Shown here: positions 39,877 to 47,966 of the stretch, piece after piece
Layout: every line of letters starts with the position of its first letter
Position numbering within the stretch: the stretch's first letter is position 1
Assembly: GCA_050013255.1 (NCBI GenBank)
Contig: JBEKFP010000003.1
Span: 187,434 to 251,433, forward strand
DNA from: Candidatus Bathyarchaeia archaeon
GTDB lineage: Archaea > Thermoproteota > Bathyarchaeia > 40CM-2-53-6
DNA: 64,000 nucleotides
Direction of reading: 5' to 3'
Made by a program: the position numbers and the translations under genes
The notes under the pieces: model-generated
Told to the model about the DNA's origin: nothing
The model's input: only the letters and a program-made list of their open reading frames with translations
Databases searched by the model: none

Positions 39877-40593
39877 ATGAAGACTAACATAATCGCATAC
39901 TACAGGAAACATGATCCCTTCTCTAGATATCTAACAACCGACAAGCGAAGGGTGAAACAGATTTATGGGCTTTACACTTCAAACAAACGCCACTTTGGAC
40001 GCAGAGTCTTAGATATTGCGTGTGGAGGCGGAGTCTTAGGCTTCATAGTGGAGAGAGAGGGTCGCTCATACACTGGCGTTGACGTTAATCCTGACATGAT
40101 TTCGTCGGCCAGAACTCATGCAAAGGAGGTCGGGTCAAGAAACCGGTTCATCGAAGGAGATGTAACCCAAATGAAAATCGAAGGAAAATTTGACACCATA
40201 TGCATTCTGGGCAATGCATTATGTCACTTCTCAACGCACGATTTCTCAAGGATCCTTCAGAACACTGCCGCATGTAGCGAAAGAGGCGCTTACTTCATAG
40301 TAGATTATCGAGATATGGTGCGCCTAATGTTTCACAAAAAGTGGAATATCAAGAAAAGGCTTGTACAGAAAGAACGGGGAAGAATCAGCACGACAGAGGG
40401 TTGTGACACAAGAACCGGGTTCGTTCTAGTAACGACTACAGACCTGCGTGGAAAGAGCGAAGTCGGATTCGCTCATGCCATATGGTCGCCATTCATTATC
40501 ACACCCATCATGAATAATCATGGCTGGTCCATGGTAAAGAGAACATTCTCGAAGAGATTGTCTGAATGGCTCGATATCTACCGAAGAACCTAG
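39877..40593 (+). CDS. Class-I SAM-dependent methyltransferase
   Basis: 238 aa with motif I VLDIACGGGVLG and GVDVNPDM. Confidence 0.8.
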   Translation: MKTNIIAYYRKHDPFSRYLTTDKRRVKQIYGLYTSNKRHFGRRVLDIACGGGVLGFIVEREGRSYTGVDVNPDMISSARTHAKEVGSRNRFIEGDVTQMKIEGKFDTICILGNALCHFSTHDFSRILQNTAACSERGAYFIVDYRDMVRLMFHKKWNIKKRLVQKERGRISTTEGCDTRTGFVLVTTTDLRGKSEVGFAHAIWSPFIITPIMNNHGWSMVKRTFSKRLSEWLDIYRRT

Positions 40594-40622
40594 TTGCCAA
40601 AAACGATGAACCGATATTTCTC

Positions 40623-40835
40623 GTGTGTGTGGGTATGCTGGTGCGCCGCCCCCGCCGCCGCCTAGATTAACTTTGTGGTTGGAACGACGGTAGGAACCGA
40701 ACGACGACGGTAGGATTGGAGACGACGGAACGAGTACGACGACGCTAATACGAACGACGGTAGGAACGACGACGACACGCCGATGTTCTATGTTTTATAG
40801 GAATTGAAACACGTGGAAGCAACAGCACAGCTAAA
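40623..40835 (+). repeat. Left terminal inverted repeat (modular)
   Basis: GTGTGTGTGGGTATGCTGGTGCGCCGCCCCCGCCGCCGCC, then a spacer, then three copies of GAACGACGGTAGGA(A) (40682-40780), then AT-rich GATGTTCTATGTTTTATAGGAAT. Confidence 0.75.
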
Positions 40836-40845
40836 CTCGCACAAA

Positions 40846-41358
40846 CTAAAATCGCAGAAGGCTTGCAAGGTATTGAGCAACGGCGAATAGGAAGACGAGA
40901 ACTACGCCTAGCAAGAATGTCAATAGCGCTTGATAGATTCTTGACTGAGATTGCGCCTTGAGTTTCTTCGGGAGACCCGTCACATCTGCGACTAGGTACG
41001 CTAGGAGGTAGAGAGGCGGGAATATCAAAAAGAGCGACGCCGCCTTGAGATGTGCGAGAGCGACAGTCAAAAATATCGTCACCACATATCCTCCTAATTC
41101 TATCGTCATGAGAAACAGCCCCGCTCTAAATATCCAGCAACTTGATGAAACGTTGCCCCTCTCACCCTTTGGGGGATAATCCAATGTTTCCCACAACAAC
41201 AAAACTGCGAGTGCAAAGCTTGTAATTGAAACCAGCTGAACAATTATTTGGTTACCGAAGTGGGCGAGGACTGCTGAAATGCCGCCGAATACACCAAACG
41301 CTTCTAGAAGTTTATCATTAGCTTCAACAAAATCTCGCAGGCTCTTCCTTTGCTCCAA
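40846..41358 (-). CDS. Hypothetical membrane protein (about 4 TM)
   Basis: 170-aa ORF with four hydrophobic segments. It is the last gene of the leftward gene string in the element. Confidence 0.5.
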   Translation of the reverse strand: MEQRKSLRDFVEANDKLLEAFGVFGGISAVLAHFGNQIIVQLVSITSFALAVLLLWETLDYPPKGERGNVSSSCWIFRAGLFLMTIELGGYVVTIFLTVALAHLKAASLFLIFPPLYLLAYLVADVTGLPKKLKAQSQSRIYQALLTFLLGVVLVFLFAVAQYLASLLRF

Positions 41359-41474
41359 ATCTTGACGCTCACCAACCTTCGGGATTCGTTATCCACATCG
41401 AAGGGATTGCACGAAGGAACTACTTAATCCGTATTCTTGGCCCTTTATTCTTATCATGCCAGTATGCGTTGACG

Positions 41475-42209
41475 TTAGAAATGTTGTTCCGATGGTTCGG
41501 GGCAAAGATGGTGGAGCAATTGGACAACGGTCTTGATCGCTCGTCTGCAATCAGATTCGATGACGCTTTTTTCTGTGACTTTTCCGTTCGCAATCATTGG
41601 CATTAGGCCTCTGGTCAAGGCCTTCGCATACTTGTCATAATTGCCTGTGTGCAAGGAAGGATTTCTAATTCTTGAAAGCCAGAGCAAGTCGATTTTCTCT
41701 CTCTTCGTCAACGTCCCTTCGCTGGCGAGCCTTCTGACCAACCGCCAATACTGCGCTTCGGAGCCTTTCGCTTTACGCCGGATAACAGATTCGACTACAG
41801 CTTGACACATGATAATTGTTGCGTAGTGTGCGCCGTTCATATAGCACGCCCCAACCTCCGGCAAAAGCAGACTCGTGAGAACGGGGATCCTCCACATTTC
41901 GTGAGGAAATTGTTTTCTCAGCCAGCGTGCTCTTCTCTCTTGCTCCAATTCAAGTAACCGATCCCGTTCATCAAGATCGTCGGCATAGGGCCGCAATACT
42001 CCAGAAAAAGCGAAGGCGTCTGCCCCAGTCCAGTCATAAGGCCCGCTTGCCCATTCTTCAATGATCTGTTTTCGGCGGTGGAGCAGCGTCTTCGTTCTAT
42101 TCTTCAATGACCGTTGAACCTCTACACAGGATACCTGTAGAGTTTGTTTTGGCGGATTACGTAGATTCCTAGATTTTCCTTGGGTATGTGTACCTTGAAG
42201 AAGTACCAT
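41475..42209 (-). CDS. Hypothetical protein with an RNxxxH (HEPN-like) motif
   Basis: 244-aa ORF with WLSRIRNPSLHTGNYD, which contains R-N-x3-H. The 5' end overlaps the upstream ORF by ~88 nt, so the true start is uncertain. Confidence 0.45.
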   Translation of the reverse strand: MVLLQGTHTQGKSRNLRNPPKQTLQVSCVEVQRSLKNRTKTLLHRRKQIIEEWASGPYDWTGADAFAFSGVLRPYADDLDERDRLLELEQERRARWLRKQFPHEMWRIPVLTSLLLPEVGACYMNGAHYATIIMCQAVVESVIRRKAKGSEAQYWRLVRRLASEGTLTKREKIDLLWLSRIRNPSLHTGNYDKYAKALTRGLMPMIANGKVTEKSVIESDCRRAIKTVVQLLHHLCPEPSEQHF

Positions 42210-42580
42210 ATGCGCTGTCTTTCACGCCGTGTCCAGGGCGACGCCTTGAAAACTTCCACACGCTTGTAATCCCACTTACCCGTTTTCCTGTTCCTTGTTG
42301 TTCCGAAGCATAACTCTCTGTAAATGAATCCTTGTTCTCTCAGCTTCCTTTTGACCAAGGCGAGTTTTTCCCTCAGCCTCTTTGAGACGGGTAAATCTTC
42401 AGTTCTAGTTGTCTTATTGTATTTGAGGTACCATCTCTTCAGATCGGCTTCTTCGAAGACTGACTTCGCAACCCGCCGTATCGTGCCGTGTTCGTTTCTA
42501 AGCACTAGAACCCTGATAGTACGGCCTTTCACGTGGCGCTCTTCATATTGTAAGCGCCAGACCTTGAGCTTAGGAATCAA
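42122..42580 (-). CDS. Hypothetical basic protein
   Basis: 152-aa ORF in the same leftward string. No recognisable motif. Confidence 0.4.
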   Translation of the reverse strand: MIPKLKVWRLQYEERHVKGRTIRVLVLRNEHGTIRRVAKSVFEEADLKRWYLKYNKTTRTEDLPVSKRLREKLALVKRKLREQGFIYRELCFGTTRNRKTGKWDYKRVEVFKASPWTRRERQRIWYFFKVHIPKENLGIYVIRQNKLYRYPV

Positions 42581-42633
42581 CGCTCAAAACCCGTAAACAC
42601 AGACGACGATAAGGGCGCTGAGAACCGTCTATG

Positions 42634-42954
42634 CTAACTGAGTTTCCTACGTGGATGCGATAAACGATATTTCCTGTCGCTCTCACGTCTTTCCGCACGA
42701 TGTGCTTCCCGATATTTTCTATCACTCTCTCGTCTTTCGGCACGGTGTGCTTCTCTATATTTCCTATCACTCTCACGTCCTTCTTTACGGCGCGCTTTTC
42801 GGTACTTCTCGTCCCTCTCATGTATTTCCGTGCGGTGTCCGTCCCGATATTTTCTATGTTCCTCAAGTCTTTCCGCACGGTGCGTTTCTCTATATCTCCT
42901 ATCGTTTTCTCTTGCCTTTTCAGGATGAAGAGACCGCCAACTTCTCCTTTTCAT
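42634..42954 (-). CDS. Highly charged protein made of 15-aa tandem repeats (RKYREAHRAERRESD-like)
   Basis: It starts 13 nt after the HNH stop on the same strand and is encoded by the 45-bp DNA repeats. The repeat (H/N)PEKARE..RRYRE resembles repeats seen N-terminal to some HNH proteins. Because of the repeats all frames are open, so frame choice is by context only. Confidence 0.4.
   Translation of the reverse strand: MKRRSWRSLHPEKARENDRRYRETHRAERLEEHRKYRDGHRTEIHERDEKYRKARRKEGRESDRKYREAHRAERRESDRKYREAHRAERRESDRKYRLSHPRRKLS
42650..42935. repeat. Tandem repeat, 45-bp period, about 6 copies
   Basis: The anchor motif CGATAT/CTATAT recurs at 42665, 42710, 42755, (42800), 42845 and 42890, exactly 45 nt apart. 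Confidence 0.85.
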
Positions 42955-42966
42955 CTAATGCCACGT

Positions 42967-43464
42967 TCAGTGTTTTTCCTCGTGTTTCCAAGTTCTATAC
43001 TTCAATATGGAAATAATCGCACCTCGGCTGACGCCGTATTCTTTGGCGAGGGTCCCAAAGCCGACTCCAGCTTTATGGTCTCTCGCATATCTCGCCCGAA
43101 TTTCGACAACTTGATTCCGAGTTAGCTTATGTGCGGGCGAGTCTTCTCCTCTGAGACCTCTGGAACGGCCCTTTCTCGCCCTGTCTTCGGCGTTCTCCTT
43201 GAGTGTTCCGACAGACAAGTGCGCCGGATTTACGCAAGCACGGTTATCGCAATGATGCAAAACACACTTTCCTTCGGGTATGCGTCCATATTCGAATTCC
43301 CAAGCAACTCGGTGAGCCATAGGCGTATGTCCGCGGTAATGGAATCGGCCATATCCATCTTGGTTCTTGACACCCATCCAAATCCAACAACCATTATCCT
43401 CTTTGCGGACTTTTTCCCAAAAGCGCTCCTTGACAGATGATACCCTCCTTGGCATGATTCTCAC
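42967..43464 (-). CDS. HNH endonuclease with a C-terminal HTH-like domain
   Basis: 165 aa. GCWIW.G..N.DGYGRF...G....AHRVAWEF..G.IP.G..VLHHCDN..CVNP.HL is an HNH_3-type pattern. Confidence 0.85.
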   Translation of the reverse strand: MRIMPRRVSSVKERFWEKVRKEDNGCWIWMGVKNQDGYGRFHYRGHTPMAHRVAWEFEYGRIPEGKCVLHHCDNRACVNPAHLSVGTLKENAEDRARKGRSRGLRGEDSPAHKLTRNQVVEIRARYARDHKAGVGFGTLAKEYGVSRGAIISILKYRTWKHEEKH

Positions 43465-43513
43465 ATGTCCAACATTGCGTCTCTAATCATGCTAGGAACA
43501 ACTTGCCAATCAA

Positions 43514-43648
43514 TCAATTCTTCAGCCAGAGTTTGATAGCTTCCTCTAACGCTTTGATTACTGCACCTTTCTGACCGCCATACTTCTCCACGGCTTTCAG
43601 CCTGAACTTCTTCTCTAGCTCTTTGTCAATCTTGCCATACACTACCAA
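43514..43648 (-). CDS. Ribbon-helix-helix (CopG/Arc-like) small DNA-binding protein (44 aa)
   Basis: Below the ORF-track cutoff. My translation from TTG is LVVYGKIDKELEKKFRLKAVEKYGGQKGAVIKALEEAIKLWLKN, a strand-helix-helix pattern. It lies directly upstream of the HNH gene on the same strand. Confidence 0.5.
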   Translation of the reverse strand: MVVYGKIDKELEKKFRLKAVEKYGGQKGAVIKALEEAIKLWLKN

Positions 43649-43671
43649 ACCGTAATCCGCTCAACTTGCTA

Positions 43672-43716
43672 TCTAGATAACAAGCCTTATACGTTTTAGC
43701 TTGTGGTCTAGATAAC
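43672..43716. promoter_or_regulatory. Direct repeat TCTAGATAAC x2 in the divergent RHH-HNH / cas1 control region
   Basis: TCTAGATAAC at 43672-43681 and 43707-43716, 35 bp apart. Each contains the palindrome TCTAGA and lies 30-75 nt upstream of the cas1 ATG. Confidence 0.3.
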
Positions 43717-43745
43717 TTGCGATATAGCATTTCGAGGTTTGAGGC

Positions 43746-44960
43746 ATGAACCCGTTACATCTCGGCGGTTTCGGCGTCGAAATTCAAGCAAGCAACCCAA
43801 AGCCACACGCCGAACTCATGATTACGAATGGACGGCGAAGCGAAAGCCTACCAGAACGCTACCTCTTTCTGCCAAGAAAAATAGTATACGATTCAATCAT
43901 ACTCGAAAACTGTACTGGACATGTTTCACTTTCAGCCTTACGCTGGTTGAGCAAACACAACATTCCAATCTTCTTCTTAAACTTCGACGGCTCAACCATC
44001 AGCAGCATTCTACCACCAACACCAGTTAAAGCGGATTTACGTGCCGCACAATTTCAAGCCGCCAACGACCCTGAAAAGAAGTTCAGAATCGCCCACGCGC
44101 TGGTAGAAGCGAAGATCGCTAGGAGCATACAGGTTCTAGACTGGTTAGCTCAGCGTTACGACATACAAAGAGAAGTACAAGTCACAAACGGCGAAGCTGT
44201 CAAGCTAGGCGAAGCCTCCACGGTCAATCAACTACGCACCGTTGAGGGCAGAACGGCGCTTCGATATTGGGAAGCATTCCGCAAAACTCTGCCTGAATCT
44301 CTACATTTCGAGGGACGCATGACCACAAGCCACAACAACAACGCCTCCGACCCATTCAACGCGGCGCTGAACTATGGCTATGGATACCTGAAAATTATGT
44401 GCAGAACGGCGATTAACTCTGTGGGACTAGAGCCCGCCGTAGGCTTCCTGCATGAACTCAGCTCCACTCAAACAGCAGAAAGCCTAGTCTATGACTTGGA
44501 GGAACCATTCAGATGGCTCATAGACCTCTGTGTGATTCAAGCGTTCGAAACCGGCAGCCTAGGCTTGGCAGACTTCGCTTTCACCAAAGACAATTACGAA
44601 TATCGAATTGAGTGGGAAGGTAAGACACGGCTCCGTCAATTGCTGACGGAGACATTCAATTCAAGAGTAAGGTATGGCGGGCAAGTGTTGAAGTGGGACA
44701 CCGTAATCGAACAGAAAACCTTGGAACTCAGCCGATACTTGACGGGAAAGGCGCCCACGTTGGACTTCAATGAACCCGCACCGACGTTAGAAAGACAGGA
44801 TAACCGAGAAGTCAGAGAAAACATTCTGGCCCTAACACAGTCTGAGGCTAGGCAACGTGGGATTGGGAAGAGTACGCTTCACTATCTACACAAGAACGCA
44901 CATGAGCGCAGTTCTTTTAGACTCTATGAGCCTGTAAGACGAAAGCTGTTGGGCGGTTAA
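43746..44960 (+). CDS. cas1: Cas1-family integrase, solo (casposase-like, with a C-terminal HTH-like extension)
   Basis: 404 aa. Cas1 hallmarks TVEGRTALRYWEAF (Glu), NAALNYGYGYL, VGFLHEL (His) and LVYDLEEPFRWLID (acidic). The extra tail is ...LTQSEARQRGIGKSTLHYLHKN. GAGGT lies upstream of the ATG. No cas2 or CRISPR is nearby. Confidence 0.85.
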   Translation: MNPLHLGGFGVEIQASNPKPHAELMITNGRRSESLPERYLFLPRKIVYDSIILENCTGHVSLSALRWLSKHNIPIFFLNFDGSTISSILPPTPVKADLRAAQFQAANDPEKKFRIAHALVEAKIARSIQVLDWLAQRYDIQREVQVTNGEAVKLGEASTVNQLRTVEGRTALRYWEAFRKTLPESLHFEGRMTTSHNNNASDPFNAALNYGYGYLKIMCRTAINSVGLEPAVGFLHELSSTQTAESLVYDLEEPFRWLIDLCVIQAFETGSLGLADFAFTKDNYEYRIEWEGKTRLRQLLTETFNSRVRYGGQVLKWDTVIEQKTLELSRYLTGKAPTLDFNEPAPTLERQDNREVRENILALTQSEARQRGIGKSTLHYLHKNAHERSSFRLYEPVRRKLLGG

Positions 44961-44961
44961 T

Positions 44962-45726
44962 TTGAAAGAAGTTTTCCTAAGCCACGCGCACGAAGACAAG
45001 GCACTAGCCGGAAAAGTAAAAGAGATTCTCGAAGCGAACGGGGTAAGTGCGTTCTTGGCTCATATGGACATGGAAGTCTCGGAAGAGTGGAGAACTGAAA
45101 TATCCCGACACCTTGAGACAAGTTCAGCCCTAATCGCTATCGTGACGTCGAATTTCGGCAAATCAGCCTGGGCAAACCAAGAAGTTGGAATAGCCTTCGA
45201 GAAGAAATTACCGCTAATTCCGTTGATGTTCGACGGAAGCGCGGTTCTGAAGGGTGTGATCGAAATGTATCAGGGAATCCTTGTTTCCGAAAATAATCTA
45301 GTAGATGTGGTAAAGAGCACTATTCCGACAATAAACAAGGGAATCCCTTCAACCGAGAGAAAATTCTACGATGCCCTAGCAGGCATCCTAAATCGTTTGA
45401 TACTAAGGTGGCAGACTTACAAGAGCCACCTATCAAACATAAAATGGACTCAAGAAGCTATTGAAGAGATTAAGAAGAATCTTCGCAGCGATAGAGAGGA
45501 ACTTCTCAATTTGGTCTCCAATGCGCCAGAAATCGATTTCGGCGTCAAAAATCAGACCACAGTTATCATGAGTCAAATTGACGTATTCGCACTCTTCAAA
45601 ATCAATTTCAACAAGCCCTATGCTGAGACTTACGGCGAATTCCAAGAATTAGAGCATAAAGGAGAACAGGTATCTTACACTGCTCAAGCCTTACGCGGTT
45701 GGTTGCAAACCGAGAAACTCTCCTAG
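44962..45726 (+). CDS. TIR-domain protein with an uncharacterised C-terminal domain
   Basis: 254 aa. A TTG start lies 1 nt after the cas1 stop. The N-terminus VFLSHAHEDKALAGKVKEILEANGVSAFL...IVTSNFGKSAWANQEVG matches the TIR pattern (FLSH..D ... S.W...E). Confidence 0.7.
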   Translation: MKEVFLSHAHEDKALAGKVKEILEANGVSAFLAHMDMEVSEEWRTEISRHLETSSALIAIVTSNFGKSAWANQEVGIAFEKKLPLIPLMFDGSAVLKGVIEMYQGILVSENNLVDVVKSTIPTINKGIPSTERKFYDALAGILNRLILRWQTYKSHLSNIKWTQEAIEEIKKNLRSDREELLNLVSNAPEIDFGVKNQTTVIMSQIDVFALFKINFNKPYAETYGEFQELEHKGEQVSYTAQALRGWLQTEKLS

Positions 45727-45928
45727 CTAGAATGACTCTGAAGTCGTTTCTCACTTTCGACACGCGCGATTCTTGTCTCAGTGGAGGCGTGGTATAGCTG
45801 ATGCGCCAACAACCTTTCAGGATTTACTCGAACGTGAAAGAGAAAATGAGTAATCCGCCCCTTGGGCAGCTGTGATTGAATCGTATACTATACATAAGCC
45901 TAGGCTAGTCTAACGTTTAGCAGAAATG

Positions 45929-46435
45929 TCATAATGCAACCTTCTTCTTCGGCTTACTATGCGGTTTGTATGGCGGTGGGGCTCCAGCATTTCGGCGAGC
46001 TTTTCGCATGTTCCACTGTCTGAATCTTCTCTTTCGGGCCTGAATGATCTTGTTCCTAAACTCGTTACTGTACCAACGTAACAACAGATCAGAGGGCGGC
46101 GCTTCTTCACCGTAAGGCTTTGCGCTTAGTTCATGGGCGGCGGCTATTTTCGCATAAATTTCTTCATCAAGAGGAAAATATGCGTAGTGCACTCCACCAT
46201 GATACATGATTTTCAACTGCCGACTAGAGAGGTTGTACGTTAAATCGAAATGCGGGGTTTGCGACAGTCTACTGAGCGTAACGCAATCTCTATTTTTCTT
46301 TCTTCTCTTGTCCAACCCTAGTGTTTCGACTTCTCCCGCAATCTTGAAAATTGGTTTACCTGTTTCGTTGTCTAATTCAATTTTCACTTGCTGTTTGCGT
46401 GAACCTTTGAGGCCGGTAGCCCTGATGTAACCCAT
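45929..46435 (-). CDS. Hypothetical basic protein
   Basis: 168-aa ORF with a Lys/Arg-rich C-terminus. No recognisable motif. Confidence 0.4.
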   Translation of the reverse strand: MGYIRATGLKGSRKQQVKIELDNETGKPIFKIAGEVETLGLDKRRKKNRDCVTLSRLSQTPHFDLTYNLSSRQLKIMYHGGVHYAYFPLDEEIYAKIAAAHELSAKPYGEEAPPSDLLLRWYSNEFRNKIIQARKRRFRQWNMRKARRNAGAPPPYKPHSKPKKKVAL

Positions 46436-46964
46436 GGACTACGCTCTCTTGCACTTCTTGAGTCTGAACTCGAAAGTGTACTTCGACGGGTTCCTGTCGA
46501 TTTTCTTGGCTATGATCTCGGGAACTAGAGTACGGAATTCAATGAGACGGCTTTCACGGCATGTCAGCGTTGACGTCTCCGCTTGCTGAAGAAGAAGAAC
46601 AGCCGTGTTACAACTGAAGAAGAAGAAGAATTATGGCGAAATGAAGAAGAAACTTCTGTATTCAACTCTAATCGCCTTTTCCTCTTATTTGCGGAGCTCT
46701 TTACCTGAAAGAAGCTCGAAATAACCTTAGTTTTGAACTGTATAAAAAGTCTACTGTCCCGCAGTCAGACGACAATACAACACTCGGTGATCGCAAACCT
46801 GAGGAAGCAGACCGAGAATAGTCTTGACCCAGCTCCCTCAGGGGAAATGGCGATTCCAGGTCTATTATTGTCTGCGAGTGGTAAATAAATCTACTTATTT
46901 TTGAGTAATAGGTTCGGTGCCACCCCTTCTTGAGCACGTATTAAGGGGAGCGATTTACCCAAAA

Positions 46965-47297
46965 ATGAGTAATTCTAAAATACCTGCGAGCGGGATACGA
47001 TGGCTGAGTATCCCTATGACCGTTCCCCAGGTCGTTCCATCAGACCTACTCTCAAGGAAGGAGCGCGAAGCACCCACAGACACTAAGCAGAGGATAAGCT
47101 TCAGGGAACTTGCGGAGCGTCGGATCATCACTAAAGGCCTCAACGGAGCGGCCGCCTGGTTGAGGGCTAAGGTAGGAGTTTTCCCAATCGATATCGAGAT
47201 GCAGCAGTGTGGCGATGTCTACGAAATGGTTGTAAAAGTAACATATCGCCCTTTACCACCAATGCCTGAGGTCGTGTATGAACGTCAGGAATCATAA
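46965..47297 (+). CDS. Hypothetical protein
   Basis: Internal Met (MSNSKIPASG) of ORF 46917..47297. No recognisable motif. Confidence 0.3.
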   Translation: MSNSKIPASGIRWLSIPMTVPQVVPSDLLSRKEREAPTDTKQRISFRELAERRIITKGLNGAAAWLRAKVGVFPIDIEMQQCGDVYEMVVKVTYRPLPPMPEVVYERQES

Positions 47298-47480
47298 CAA
47301 CAGAACGAAGAACGACTCGGCGCCATAGTTATGTGAATCCGATGATATCAAATCGAGGCTCAATTCTAACCAACGCTGGCAACAAGTCGATGAGTTCTCT
47401 CTCACTGTTCCAAAACGATTCGGCCCAACTCTCATTAGTTCCCCATCTACAATTCTAAAGAGGCCTTACAGGCGGTTCCC

Positions 47481-47966
47481 ATGTCAGTGAACGTCACGGA
47501 ATCGAGTCTTGATCTCAACACACTCTTGAGCAAACTCGGGTATCAACCCGACCAAATAGGTTCGTTATTGGGTGCTGACGTCCTGATGTTCCCGAAAGAC
47601 TTGGAATCTGCCGAGTCATCGTTTGATGACAAATCAGTATCCATTAAGAAGACCATTGAGAAGCAGCTTCGAATTGAGGTGCTGACCAAGCAGGGCGCTA
47701 AGTCTCATTACGAAGCTCAAAGAGCCGCAGACATCCTTGTCCCTGCATTAGTCTTCTTAGGGGTGCAAACTTTTGATATCGGTAAGGGAATAATCACCAG
47801 CTGGGTTTATGATAGGTATCTCCAGCTACGCAACCGAGGTCTGACACCAAGTGTAGCATTGAAGTTCGTTGTGATTGATAAGAAGAAAGGGATTAGGAAG
47901 GAAGTAAGCTACGAAGGACCGGCCGAGCAATTGCAAGACACTTTGAAGAATCTCAAACTGGATTGA
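47481..47966 (+). CDS. Hypothetical protein (one hydrophobic segment)
   Basis: 161-aa ORF. Its stop overlaps the start of the next ORF, suggesting translational coupling. Confidence 0.45.
   Translation: MSVNVTESSLDLNTLLSKLGYQPDQIGSLLGADVLMFPKDLESAESSFDDKSVSIKKTIEKQLRIEVLTKQGAKSHYEAQRAADILVPALVFLGVQTFDIGKGIITSWVYDRYLQLRNRGLTPSVALKFVVIDKKKGIRKEVSYEGPAEQLQDTLKNLKLD

Noticed and set aside
42570-43125. ORFs 42570..42878 (-), 42651..43016 (+) and 42700..43125 (+)
   Set aside because: They are alternative frames kept open by the 45-bp tandem repeat. Only the frame co-directional and contiguous with the HNH gene was retained, and even that has modest confidence.
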